Assembly (NCBI GenBank): GCA_039193385.1
Contig: JBCCWR010000004.1
Location: 1 to 48,956, forward strand
Source: Verrucomicrobiota bacterium
GTDB taxonomy: Bacteria; Verrucomicrobiota; Verrucomicrobiia; Methylacidiphilales; JBCCWR01
Direction of reading: 5' to 3'
DNA length: 48,956 bases
Part shown: positions 31,901 through 40,646 of the stretch, one piece after another
How positions within the stretch are numbered: position 1 is the first letter of the stretch
Layout: each line of letters opens with the position of its first letter
Notes under the pieces: generated by a model
Seen by the model: only the letters and a program-made list of their open reading frames with translations
The model's database searches: none
What the model was told of the DNA's origin: nothing
Program-made: the position numbers and the translations under genes

Positions 31901-33108
31901 CAGTCGTTATTGGTTCGGTAATTTCTGTGCCAGAGGGCGGTAAAGTGTCCAAGGGACAGGTTTTTGTTCAATGGGATCCTTATAATGTTTCTATTCTCAG
32001 TGAAAAGTCAGGTCATATTGAGTTCCGCGATATCATTGAAGGTGTCACCATGAAACGTCAGATTGATGAAGCGACTGGTAAGTCTGAAACTGTGATCATT
32101 GACCATAAAGAAGATCTTCATCCTCAAGTGCTGATCGTAGATTCAAGTGGAGAAACACAAGCTTCTTATAGTATTCCTGCAGGGGCTCACTTGGAGATTG
32201 ATGAGGCCCAGGAAATTCGTGCTGGAGAACGTCTGGCTAAGACACCTCGTAAAGTGGCAAAGACTAAAGACATTACAGGTGGTCTTCCTCGTGTTGCAGA
32301 GCTTTTTGAAGCGCGTCGTCCCAAAGATGCTGCCGAGATTGCAAAGATCGATGGTGAAGTTGTTATTGCCGGAACACAACGCGGTAAACGTCTGCTTATT
32401 ATTAAAGATAAAGAAACTGGTCTAGAAGAAGAGCATCTTATCCCGCTCTCTAAGCATTTGATTGTTTACCAAGGTGATATGGTTAAAAAAGGTCAGCAGC
32501 TTACGGAAGGCCCAGTCGTACCTCATGAAATTTTAGAAGTCTGCGGACCTCAAGAATTACAAGAATACCTCGTGAATGGTGTTCAGGAAGTTTACCGTCT
32601 ACAGGGTGTTGAAATTAACGATAAGCATATTGAGATCATCGTTCGTCAGATGCTGCGCAAAGTTAAAATCAATGAGCCTGGTGATACGCAATTCTTGTGG
32701 GGTGAACAGATTGATCGCCTTGCCTTTGAAGAAGAAAACCGAAAGATTGAAGAAAAAGGTGGTAAACCTGCCGAAGCTTCCCCTGTTCTTCTTGGTATTA
32801 CCAAAGCGTCTCTTGAAACAGAAAGCTTTATTTCTGCTGCCTCTTTCCAGGATACGACTCGTGTTCTGACTGAAGCTGCTACACTTGGTAAATCTGATAT
32901 GCTTAGAGGCTTCAAAGAAAATGTCATCATGGGGCATCTCATTCCTGCCGGAACGGGTTTCCATCTCTACAGCCACATCAAGTTGGTTGAATTGGGCGAG
33001 CCTGTAGGTGATCCTTTAGTGGGTGATGATGAGGAAGAAGAGGGCGCAGTAAAAGAAGGACCAACGGTCTCTACACCTGATCTTCCAGTAGCTGTTGCTG
33101 AAGCGTAA
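28927..33108 (+). CDS. rpoC: RNA polymerase beta' subunit
   Basis: N-terminal Zn finger, NADFDGDQM active site, [22 protein letters not shown]. Confidence 0.99.
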   Translation: MSIDIQSAREVLGAERSVGFDEVNITVAAPDTVMSWSRGEVKNPETINYRTFKPEKGGLFCERIFGPTKDYECACGKYKRIKYKGVICDRCGVEVTLARVRRERMGHIELAVPVSHIWFYKCMPSRIGLMMDMTARELERVIYYEDYLVIDEGNTPLQPKQLLSEVEYREAQDQYGEGSFTAKMGAEAIRDVLKKLDLAATIDDLQETLDTTKSKQLRKKLAKRLKLVQGFLQSGTRPEWMILETCPVIPPDLRPLVPLEGGRFATSDLNDLYRRVINRNNRLRTLLQLKTPEVIIRNEKRMLQEAVDALLDNGRHGRPVTGAGNRPLKSLSDMLKGKSGRFRMNLLGKRVDYSGRSVIVIGPELKIHQCGLPKKMALVLFEPFIIRRLKEMGYVHTVRSAKKMIERKETIVWDILEEVTQEHPVLLNRAPTLHRLSVQAFEPTLIEGSAIRLHPLTCTAYNADFDGDQMAVHIPLSVEAQLEARVFMLAPNNIFGPSNGKPITTPSQDITLGCYYITQKKKMKKSNGDKPRLSIMEDADEVLYAYDEKIIGIHDAILMKNPDYGRDTVFGDKENKMIETTPGRVLFNGIWPDELGYYNETAGKKQLGVIIHRCYQVCGHEMTVKVLDRLKDLGFKRATAAGISIGIDDMIIPDEKEQIVKNAHNEVNTVEKQYRMGAITDGERYNKIVDIWTQATEEISSVMLRTLQFNKGLEEFNPVYLMVDSGARGNRNQVRQLAGMRGLMAKPSGEIIERPIVASFREGLSVLEYFISSHGARKGLADTALKTADSGYMTRKLVDVAHDVIVTEEDCGTVKGIWVKAIYEGEDEIVSLADRILGRVSCDDIHDSDGNTVVAANDLIDETKANMIDKLGQERVRIRSVLTCETRRGVCSKCYGLNLASGKVAKLGEAIGIIAAQSIGEPGTQLTMRTFHIGGTASQVFKQPQIKARNKGTIQYSELRVVKALDGNYIALNKNGSVSIHADDGRELERYTVVIGSVISVPEGGKVSKGQVFVQWDPYNVSILSEKSGHIEFRDIIEGVTMKRQIDEATGKSETVIIDHKEDLHPQVLIVDSSGETQASYSIPAGAHLEIDEAQEIRAGERLAKTPRKVAKTKDITGGLPRVAELFEARRPKDAAEIAKIDGEVVIAGTQRGKRLLIIKDKETGLEEEHLIPLSKHLIVYQGDMVKKGQQLTEGPVVPHEILEVCGPQELQEYLVNGVQEVYRLQGVEINDKHIEIIVRQMLRKVKINEPGDTQFLWGEQIDRLAFEEENRKIEEKGGKPAEASPVLLGITKASLETESFISAASFQDTTRVLTEAATLGKSDMLRGFKENVIMGHLIPAGTGFHLYSHIKLVELGEPVGDPLVGDDEEEEGAVKEGPTVSTPDLPVAVAEA

Positions 33109-33141
33109 GCTACGGAATAAATCCTCAAATTCTAAAAATTT

Positions 33142-33178
33142 AAGTAAAGCCCTGCTCATAGCAGGGCTTTACTTTTTT
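33142..33178. terminator. Rho-independent terminator after rpoC (probably bidirectional)
   Basis: AAGTAAAGCCCTGCT-CAT-AGCAGGGCTTTACTT followed by a T tract, between convergent rpoC and lysR. Confidence 0.9.
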
Positions 33179-33183
33179 ATAGG

Positions 33184-34104
33184 CTAAGATGATTCGATAT
33201 GGTTGCGTAGATTTTTTGATTTAGCGACGCGTATGCACTCATGAAGGAGAGCTAAAACACTTTTACGTGACTCATCAGGCTGTGTCAGTGCCACAATTTC
33301 GAAATTTGTCTGAGGCGTTTTCAAATGAAGAAATTTAACTTGAGGTGGTGCGATATGCTGCATTTCAATCGGCATGAGTGTAAAGGTGTTGCTTGAAGAC
33401 ACGCTTGCCAGGGCACTAAATAAACTGTTGGCATCGCGCTCAATTTCAGGTGTAAATCCTGCCTCATTACAGGCGCTTATCATCAAAGCAGTTCGCTTGG
33501 GAAATTCCTCAACAGTAAGGCCTACCATGGAGTAGGCCTTTAGTTCTATCAATTCAATTGATTTAGAATCAGCAAGAGGGTGATGTGCAGCAACTACTGC
33601 AGCTAGGGGGATATGGGCTATGGTGAAATGAGCAAACTCTTTTTGAAGTTCTTCACACATATGACCAAGAAAGGCTATATCTAATTCTCTACGCCTGAGT
33701 AGGTCGATTACAGGGCCAGTGTTTAATGAATGAGGCTCAATTTTAACATTTGGTTTCGATTGGCAGAAAATGTTCAATGCGTCCCCGAGAAAGCTAGGAA
33801 ACATACAAGGTAAGCAGCCAATTCGTAACAGTGTGTTTCGTGTGGACTGTAGTTGTTTTGTTGTTAGCTGAGCTTCTTCGAGTAAGACAAGTATTTCATC
33901 AACTTTGTTGATCAAGAGGTCGCCGGCTTCAGTGAGCTGAATAGAGTTAGAACCGCGTAGAAAAAGTGTTGCTCCAAAATAATCTTCTACATCTTGAATA
34001 GCTCGGCTTAGTGTTGGCTGGCTTATGCCTATACGACGGGCAGCTTTACTGAAGCTTAACTCTTGGGCAACGGATTGGAAGTATCTTAGTTTCCGTAAAT
34101 CCAT
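33184..34104 (-). CDS. LysR-family transcriptional regulator
   Basis: MDLRKLRYF..SFSKAA..ISQPTLSRAI..LF.R..LTEAG HTH plus effector domain; divergent from the pirin gene. Confidence 0.95.
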   Translation of the reverse strand: MDLRKLRYFQSVAQELSFSKAARRIGISQPTLSRAIQDVEDYFGATLFLRGSNSIQLTEAGDLLINKVDEILVLLEEAQLTTKQLQSTRNTLLRIGCLPCMFPSFLGDALNIFCQSKPNVKIEPHSLNTGPVIDLLRRRELDIAFLGHMCEELQKEFAHFTIAHIPLAAVVAAHHPLADSKSIELIELKAYSMVGLTVEEFPKRTALMISACNEAGFTPEIERDANSLFSALASVSSSNTFTLMPIEMQHIAPPQVKFLHLKTPQTNFEIVALTQPDESRKSVLALLHECIRVAKSKNLRNHIESS

Positions 34105-34163
34105 AATAAGCGCAGAACGTATCCGAAATCATGAGTTAAATCAACGTTGCAGATTATGTGGAT

Positions 34164-34205
34164 TTTCTATGCCCGTATAGAAAGAACACATATGACAATC
34201 TCATA
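34164..34205. promoter_or_regulatory. Two dyads in the lysR-pirin divergent spacer, candidate LysR operators
   Basis: TTTCTAT-N6-ATAGAAA (34164-34183) and TATGA-N5-TCATA (34191-34205). Confidence 0.35.
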
Positions 34206-34270
34206 AATGCATCCACGCTATATATAAGTGTCGATTGCTTTCACATAAAAATTAAAACTAAAGACAGAAG

Positions 34271-34996
34271 ATGAATAAGGTTAGCAATATTAGAATGAAT
34301 ATAAGAAGAAGTGAGGAACGTGGAAAAACCAATATGGGATGGCTCGATAGCCGTCATTCATTTTCTTTTGGCGAATATTTTGATTCTGAGCAAATGGGGT
34401 TTCGTAGTTTACGTGTTATTAATGAAGATCGTGTCGCACCTGGAAAGGGGTTTCCTACCCATCCACACCGTTCCATGGAAATACTCTCTTTTGTGATTCA
34501 AGGTTCTCTAGCTCACAAAGATGATATGGGAAATGAGCGGTGCATTGATACAGGGCACTTTCAATATATGAGTGCTGGTGATGGTGTGCGCCACAGTGAG
34601 TACAACCCATCTGATGTAGAACCAGTCCACTTTCTGCAAATCTGGATTGAGCCAAGAGAAAAAGGCGGTGCCCCTCAGTATGCTGATTTTAAAACAGATA
34701 CAGCTACTGACGCTCAAAGTAGTCAACTATTACTTCTTGCTTCACCAGATGGGGTTGATGGCTCTGCTGAAATTCGCCAGGATGCTCAAGTTTATTATGG
34801 TGAAATCCTAGCTGGTGATGAGATGGAGTTACCGGAAGATAGTCGCTTTGGCTATATTTGGATTCAATTGATTTCGGGCCAAATTAGTTTGAATGGTCAG
34901 ATATTACACTCAGGTGATGGAGTCGCTATCGAATGTGACTCTTTGAATTTGAATTCAACTTTGAGATCTAAATTTCTTTTATTTAGACTATCTTAA
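34271..34996 (+). CDS. Pirin-family protein (YhhW-like)
   Basis: GWLDSRHSFSF, LRVINEDRV, HPHRSMEI, MSAG.GVRHSE, FLQIWI. Confidence 0.95.
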   Translation: MNKVSNIRMNIRRSEERGKTNMGWLDSRHSFSFGEYFDSEQMGFRSLRVINEDRVAPGKGFPTHPHRSMEILSFVIQGSLAHKDDMGNERCIDTGHFQYMSAGDGVRHSEYNPSDVEPVHFLQIWIEPREKGGAPQYADFKTDTATDAQSSQLLLLASPDGVDGSAEIRQDAQVYYGEILAGDEMELPEDSRFGYIWIQLISGQISLNGQILHSGDGVAIECDSLNLNSTLRSKFLLFRLS

Positions 34997-35124
34997 AGGA
35001 CAGTAGGGCTTAAGTATGTTTTATAGGCACAACAGAACTCGAAGCTCTTATAGTCTCGAGTAGATAAATTTTAGAGGTTATCGTCCTCTAACATGATAAT
35101 CAGAATAAATAGAAAGACATTGAT

Positions 35125-35730
35125 ATGAATGTAACAGAAGCAATTGAAACGCGCCGTTCAGTTAAACACTATGACTCAGCGCATGTGATGCCCGAAGGTG
35201 ATTTGACCGAATTGATTCGGCTAACTAAGCTGGCTCCTTCATCATTTAATATGCAGAACTATCGGTTCCTCGTGATTCGTGACTTGGAAGTTCGCAAAAA
35301 AATTCGTGCTGCAGCCTGGGATCAAGCCCAAGTAACAGATGCGAGTGTACTTTTCATTATATGTGCCAATATACAATCCCACGAAGCAGATCCTGCCAAA
35401 TATTGGAGCCATGCACCTAAAGAAGTACAGGACATCCTTGGTCCTATGATTAAGCCATTTTATGAAGGTAAAGATCAGTTAATCCGTGACGAAGCGAATC
35501 GTTCGGCTGCTCTTGCTGGCATGACTCTTATGCTGGCTGCACGTGAGTTAGGTTATGATTCTTGTCCTATGATTGGCTTTGATTCTGCACAGGTCGCAGA
35601 GATCGTTAATATTCCGCATGATCATATTATTAGTTTTATGATTCCAGTAGGTAAATCTACCAAACCAGCATGGGATCGTGGAGATCGTCTGCCTGATAGT
35701 GAAGTTGTGATCTATGATCGTTTTGCCTAA
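35125..35730 (+). CDS. Nitroreductase-family flavoprotein
   Basis: RRSVKHY, APSSFNMQ, LMLAARELGYDSCPMIGFD. Confidence 0.95.
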   Translation: MNVTEAIETRRSVKHYDSAHVMPEGDLTELIRLTKLAPSSFNMQNYRFLVIRDLEVRKKIRAAAWDQAQVTDASVLFIICANIQSHEADPAKYWSHAPKEVQDILGPMIKPFYEGKDQLIRDEANRSAALAGMTLMLAARELGYDSCPMIGFDSAQVAEIVNIPHDHIISFMIPVGKSTKPAWDRGDRLPDSEVVIYDRFA

Positions 35731-35860
35731 GTAATGATTTCTTAACATTTAATCGACTTCAAAGGTCAGATTAATTATTAAAGATTTATAATTTCATCTT
35801 AAAGTCCTATTGCGAAACGGGGCTTTAGGGTGAAAAATAATCAGTAACTTATGCAAATTT

Positions 35861-36412
35861 TTATGATTCAATACCTAGCTTTTTCTTTCCCTCCTCGGAG
35901 ATCATTGAGGGCTCCCACGTTGGTTCCCAAACGAGCTCAACTTCAGATTCAGAAATACCGTTAATTACATCAATTTTACTTTTTGCATCAGCTGCAATAG
36001 AAGGTCCCATTCCGCAACCTGGTGCAGTAAGCGTCATTTTGACATGTACACTTTTACTATCAGTCCCATCTACACCATTTAGTTCAAGACTATAAATCAA
36101 TCCAAGATCAACAATATTAACAGGAATTTCAGGGTCATAGCATGTTTTTAGAGCTGTCCAAACTTGGTCTTCTAAGCTGCCAACTTTCTTCTCTTCCTGT
36201 TTTTTTTCAATCTCTACCCCAAGTGCATCTGCATCTTCTGCATTGATGCGATACAAACCTCCTTGTAATTCGATGTGAACCGTAAAATTCCCTCCGAGTG
36301 ATTGGGTTACAACAATACTTGTTCCTTGATCAAGAGGGACTTTGTTGCCTTCTGGAATTTGAATAGCTACGACATCTTTCTTTAATTTGATAGTTTGACC
36401 TGTTAGTGACAT
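35861..36412 (-). CDS. sufT: Fe-S assembly protein SufT (long DUF59 type)
   Basis: TQSLGGNFTV N-terminal domain, CYDPEIPVNIVDLGLIY, MTLTAPGCGMG, ELVWEP.W. Confidence 0.9.
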   Translation of the reverse strand: MSLTGQTIKLKKDVVAIQIPEGNKVPLDQGTSIVVTQSLGGNFTVHIELQGGLYRINAEDADALGVEIEKKQEEKKVGSLEDQVWTALKTCYDPEIPVNIVDLGLIYSLELNGVDGTDSKSVHVKMTLTAPGCGMGPSIAADAKSKIDVINGISESEVELVWEPTWEPSMISEEGKKKLGIES

Positions 36413-36477
36413 AAATAGCTAAATTGCCTTAACTTCCACAATCCGTCAACGTCTGCATCCAGCAACTAAGATTGATT

Positions 36478-37422
36478 TTAGCTGGTATTTTTATCTACAG
36501 GTTCTTTTTTCCAGAAGTTTACTTTCTTAGAAATTTCATCAATTAAAATTTTGGTAGAAATTCCTTTTTCTGTTGCGGCGTTACTTTTGTTTGGCTGCAC
36601 AGGCTTAGTCTTGGAGGTATCTTCTGTAGCTTGGCGGCGTATTGTCTGCATGATAGACTGGTTAGGTAATTTCACCTCGCTCACATCTGTATAATCATTT
36701 TTTTGCATACGCTGTCGAATTTCTTTTCGATGCGTGGCACAAAAGACCATGGAGACATCTCCCAGCATAATGCGGTCTCCTTCATTAATATGCGTTGTTT
36801 TAATGCGCACATCATTAACAAAGCTTCCATTTGTGGAATCGAGATCTTCAAATTCGACAAGTCCATCATCCAAAAGTCTTATCTCAGCATGTTTCGAAGA
36901 TAAGGTGGGATGTGATATGACGAAGTCTGCATTTTTTTCCTTACGGCCTATGAAATTCTTTTTATCAAAGATGTAAAAATGTAAACCGGAGAATTCTGTA
37001 TCTAGAACATGAAGGCTCAGTGTGTAATCATGCAAATTGTTATAGTAAGGTTCGTAGGGCAGTGATTCACTATTGAGTTCATTTTGTAATTTCAATGGAT
37101 CATCAATTAATGCGGAGTGAAGACCAGCTATACGAAACAGAATCGCCTGAGTTTCTTTACGATAGGCTATGCGAGGAGCATCACGATCCTCCAACCAGTT
37201 CATCTCGGGACGAGTCCATTCTAAAGCATAAGCAATAAGGTGGAGACCGATTGCAATACGTAACAGGCTACGGTGTTCACAGTAAATGATATAACCGCCC
37301 TGAAGGAAAATATTTATGACTGAACCATCATCCAAATGGCGTGCTGAGACCTGTAGCAAGCCTGTTTTCTTGCGCTGCCCCAAATTTTGCAGTATTTCTG
37401 CCAAGTGTGATTCCATCATCAT
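36478..37422 (-). CDS. DUF4388/PATAN-like N-terminal domain plus FHA domain protein
   Basis: LAEILQ.L..KKTGLL.V..IFLQGGYII pattern; FHA motifs IGR..LSSKH..DLDSTNGSFVN. Confidence 0.8.
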   Translation of the reverse strand: MMMESHLAEILQNLGQRKKTGLLQVSARHLDDGSVINIFLQGGYIIYCEHRSLLRIAIGLHLIAYALEWTRPEMNWLEDRDAPRIAYRKETQAILFRIAGLHSALIDDPLKLQNELNSESLPYEPYYNNLHDYTLSLHVLDTEFSGLHFYIFDKKNFIGRKEKNADFVISHPTLSSKHAEIRLLDDGLVEFEDLDSTNGSFVNDVRIKTTHINEGDRIMLGDVSMVFCATHRKEIRQRMQKNDYTDVSEVKLPNQSIMQTIRRQATEDTSKTKPVQPNKSNAATEKGISTKILIDEISKKVNFWKKEPVDKNTS

Positions 37423-37573
37423 ATCAGTAACATATTAATAAACAGTGTGTTGTGCTAATTCTAGATATTTTTGCAGTTTGAAAGTTTTGTTGTGGTAAAA
37501 TACTTCTTACATATTTTTGTTTTAATAAATTTTTAACTCGCAAGCTGTCAATAGCTTTTGCAAACTATTGCAT

Positions 37574-39217
37574 ATGTTATTTAGCGTAGAAAAATTTGTG
37601 TTTAGACAAAAAAATTTTTTTTTATGCCCAATAATTATAGTTATAATTTTATCAGCAAATTTAGTTATAGCTAATGATAATGAGCTGGCTAAGACGGAGC
37701 AAATTGAGGCTCCTGAAAAGTTGGTAATTAACATCACGAAAGTGCGTCGTAAGGGACAAGGCTTTCTTTGGGGAGCTACAGGTGGAGAGGCTATTGAAAT
37801 TGAAGCACGTGTCATAGAAGTTGAAAGGTCTAAGGCTGCTACCTTGCCGGGTGCGAATATTAAGATTTATTATGATCGTCCTGCTATAGCCTCCACTTCG
37901 TCCATTACCCCCCCTCCTGTCCCTAAGCGTGGAGAAACTCTACCTGCTTTTCTAGTTAAGCGGGGAAATCGTTATTATCCAGTTGCACATCACTTATCAT
38001 TCACAGCTCTCACCGATGAGCAGCGGAAACGTCTTTCTGATCTAGAGCAGATGAAGGCTCTAAGGGTACAACGTGAAGAGCGTCTTATTGCTCAGGAATC
38101 TAATATTCTTAATGTATCTGCTGAAGAAAAGATTCCCCAAGTCACATACTCTCAGGAAATTACTCCCAAAATAGAAACAGACTTAGACATGGAAAATAAG
38201 GAGATCGAAGATATTGCCGTCGCATATCCGAGTGAGAACTCGAATATTAATGTTGATGAAATGATGGAATCTTCGCGCGTATTTGCTTCTCAATCTCTGT
38301 CCAAGGAAGAAGAGCAAAAGCTGGAAGAAAATAATTTTCTCAAACAAAAACTAGATGCTGAAATGATAGTCCGTAATGAAGCTCGACGTCGTCGAGAATT
38401 GAAGATGGAACAGGATGATTTAGCTAAGCGACTATCTCAGTATGAGGCGCAGAAACGTCGTTCAGGTAATTCCATTGGCCGCGAAGTTATTACGACGCCT
38501 GATTTGCAACCATTAGTGGAAATTCCTGAAACAAACCTGGATCAGCAGCAAAGTAAGGAAGTTACAGTTCAATCTGTAGCTGAAGTTAAATCTATTCCAC
38601 CAGCTACAACTGAGATGCCTGAGATTATCGTTGCGCCTGTTCAAGCAGCTGAAACTTTTGAAGAAATGCCAACAGCGGATTCTATTGTAAGTGCAGACAC
38701 ACAAGCTGGAGAGCCAGACGCTTCAGATCTTTATATTGCAAGTTCTAAGCCCGTCGAAGTTGAACCTATTCCTGAAATAGATATTGCATCTATTCCTATG
38801 GTATCAGTTCAAGAGTCCGCTCCTAAGGAGCCTGAAGCAGTTGAAGAAAATATGGAATTCATTCATGTGCCTAACGACGAACCTGCCGAGCCTACATCCG
38901 CTAAATCTATTGATGCAACACCGTCTACGGAAACCGCAAAGTCCTTCTACGAGCCTGACGATCGTAGAAATATTTATAAAAAGTATTTTAGTATGATTCA
39001 AGAAGGAGAAATGGAGCAGCTCAAAGGAAATTTAAATCAAGCTAAGAAACTCTATGAACAAGCTATTCAAGGATTGAATGATTTAAAAAAGAATCATCCA
39101 GAATTTTATCCTGAAGTTGTTAAGTTCCGTTTGCAGGATACGTTGATCCGTATGGAAAAAGTTTTAGTCGAAGAGCAAGTACGTAAAAACCTAGGCTTAG
39201 GAACTGTCAATAATTAA
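37574..39217 (+). CDS. Hypothetical exported protein: N-terminal beta-rich domain, coiled coil, acidic Pro-rich linker, C-terminal TPR-like hairpin
   Basis: Hydrophobic N-terminal segment; E/P/A-rich middle; C-terminal EGEME..GNLNQAKKLYEQA..HPEFYPEVVKFRL. Confidence 0.75.
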   Translation: MLFSVEKFVFRQKNFFLCPIIIVIILSANLVIANDNELAKTEQIEAPEKLVINITKVRRKGQGFLWGATGGEAIEIEARVIEVERSKAATLPGANIKIYYDRPAIASTSSITPPPVPKRGETLPAFLVKRGNRYYPVAHHLSFTALTDEQRKRLSDLEQMKALRVQREERLIAQESNILNVSAEEKIPQVTYSQEITPKIETDLDMENKEIEDIAVAYPSENSNINVDEMMESSRVFASQSLSKEEEQKLEENNFLKQKLDAEMIVRNEARRRRELKMEQDDLAKRLSQYEAQKRRSGNSIGREVITTPDLQPLVEIPETNLDQQQSKEVTVQSVAEVKSIPPATTEMPEIIVAPVQAAETFEEMPTADSIVSADTQAGEPDASDLYIASSKPVEVEPIPEIDIASIPMVSVQESAPKEPEAVEENMEFIHVPNDEPAEPTSAKSIDATPSTETAKSFYEPDDRRNIYKKYFSMIQEGEMEQLKGNLNQAKKLYEQAIQGLNDLKKNHPEFYPEVVKFRLQDTLIRMEKVLVEEQVRKNLGLGTVNN

Positions 39218-39237
39218 GCTAATGTCCCCATGTAACC

Positions 39238-39474
39238 ATGATACGTCTATTGCTATTTGTATTAATTCTCGGAGGTATCTTTTATCTCTTCATGAAATTA
39301 GCCGGGACAGTGGGCAGAAAATCGAGATCTAAGCACATGGGAAAAAAGCTTGTTCCATTCTATGATTCTAAAATAAATGAGATTGTAATGGTTCCTGAAG
39401 ATCAAGTAATTGGATGTAAGTGGGTTAAGATAAAATCTCTCAACCAGGAAGCTTATGTAGACCATCAAAATTAA
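39238..39474 (+). CDS. Small membrane-anchored hypothetical protein
   Basis: 78 aa ORF with N-terminal TM and basic patch; fills the gap co-directionally. Confidence 0.6.
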   Translation: MIRLLLFVLILGGIFYLFMKLAGTVGRKSRSKHMGKKLVPFYDSKINEIVMVPEDQVIGCKWVKIKSLNQEAYVDHQN

Positions 39475-39507
39475 TAAGTGCTGCTAAGGATATCTTGAGC
39501 TTGTATG

Positions 39508-39536
39508 TTGCAATTTAGCTAACTGAGGTTTATCTT
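39508..39536 (+). promoter_or_regulatory. Putative sigma70 promoter for mcsB-clpC
   Basis: TTGCAA (39508-39513), 17 nt spacer, TATCTT (39531-39536), 10 nt before the ATG. Confidence 0.45.
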
Positions 39537-39546
39537 TATATACTAA

Positions 39547-40629
39547 ATGTCAGAGAGTAAAAAGATGCAGCCGAATTTAAGCGACATCGTAATTCCCGGT
39601 GATGGAATTGTCATGAGCAGCCGTGTTCGTCTGGCAAGAAATGTGAGTGAACATGCTTTTCCAGGATGGCTCAAAAAGGGAGAGCGTGAAGTGCTTCTCA
39701 AGGAAATTAAGCATGAAGTTAGTAGCCTTAAAGAGATGTCAAATGCTGATCTCAATGAGCAGATGGATAAATTTACTCCTCTCGAAAAACAGCTTTTAGT
39801 CGAAGAGCATCTCATAAGTCGTGAACATGCGGCTAAAAATTCCGGTAGTGGTGTGGTTGTGAGTAAAGATCGCACCATTAGTGTGATGGTTAATGAGGAA
39901 GATCACCTCCGTCTTCAATCTATTATGCTAGGCCTCCAGCTTAAAGAAGCATGGAAAAAGGTGGATACTGCGGATTCTCATCTCGAAAAGAAGCTAAATT
40001 ATGCGTTTTCACCGACACTTGGCTATCTTACAGCATGTCCAACGAATGTTGGCACTGGTATGAGAGCGTCAGTCATGCTTCATCTTCCTGGGCTTGTTTT
40101 GAGTGAACAGATTAATCAAGTTATTAAATCGATCAACCAGATAGGATTGGCTGTTCGTGGTCTCTACGGTGAAGGTACAGAGGCTTTAGGAAACCTTTTT
40201 CAGGTTTCTAATCAAATGACTATGGGTGAAAGCGAGAATCAGATCGTGGATCGTATTCTTAAAGTAACAAATAATTTGATAGAACATGAGCTCAACGCAC
40301 GTCAAAAGCTATTACAGGAGAAAGGGCGCATGTTGGCAGATCAGATGGGGCGTGCCTATGGAATTATGAGCTATGCTTATTCAATAACATCAAAAGAGGC
40401 ATTAAATTTGCTATCAATGTTACGTTTAGGTGTGGATCTTGAAATCTTGCCTAACAAATTGCAAGGTAAGATCGATGATCTATTTATAACAACACAACCT
40501 GCACATTTGCAAAAAGCCGCGGATAAAAAGCTCAATGCAGAAGAAAGAGACGCTTTCCGTGCTGATTTGCTAAGAGAAAAACTGCGTTCAATTAGTGAGC
40601 CAGCCATGAAAACATTGAAACTTTCATAA
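39547..40629 (+). CDS. mcsB: Protein-arginine kinase McsB
   Basis: SSRVRLARN, NEEDHLR, YLTACPTNVGTG.RASVMLHLP, RGLYGEG, QVSNQ; directly upstream of clpC. Confidence 0.95.
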   Translation: MSESKKMQPNLSDIVIPGDGIVMSSRVRLARNVSEHAFPGWLKKGEREVLLKEIKHEVSSLKEMSNADLNEQMDKFTPLEKQLLVEEHLISREHAAKNSGSGVVVSKDRTISVMVNEEDHLRLQSIMLGLQLKEAWKKVDTADSHLEKKLNYAFSPTLGYLTACPTNVGTGMRASVMLHLPGLVLSEQINQVIKSINQIGLAVRGLYGEGTEALGNLFQVSNQMTMGESENQIVDRILKVTNNLIEHELNARQKLLQEKGRMLADQMGRAYGIMSYAYSITSKEALNLLSMLRLGVDLEILPNKLQGKIDDLFITTQPAHLQKAADKKLNAEERDAFRADLLREKLRSISEPAMKTLKLS

Positions 40630-40646
40630 ATACGAGGAGCAAGATA

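Noticed and set aside
33184-35730. LysR / pirin / nitroreductase module as a mobile island
   Set aside because: No integrase, transposase, flanking repeats or tRNA target; it is a common redox-stress arrangement.
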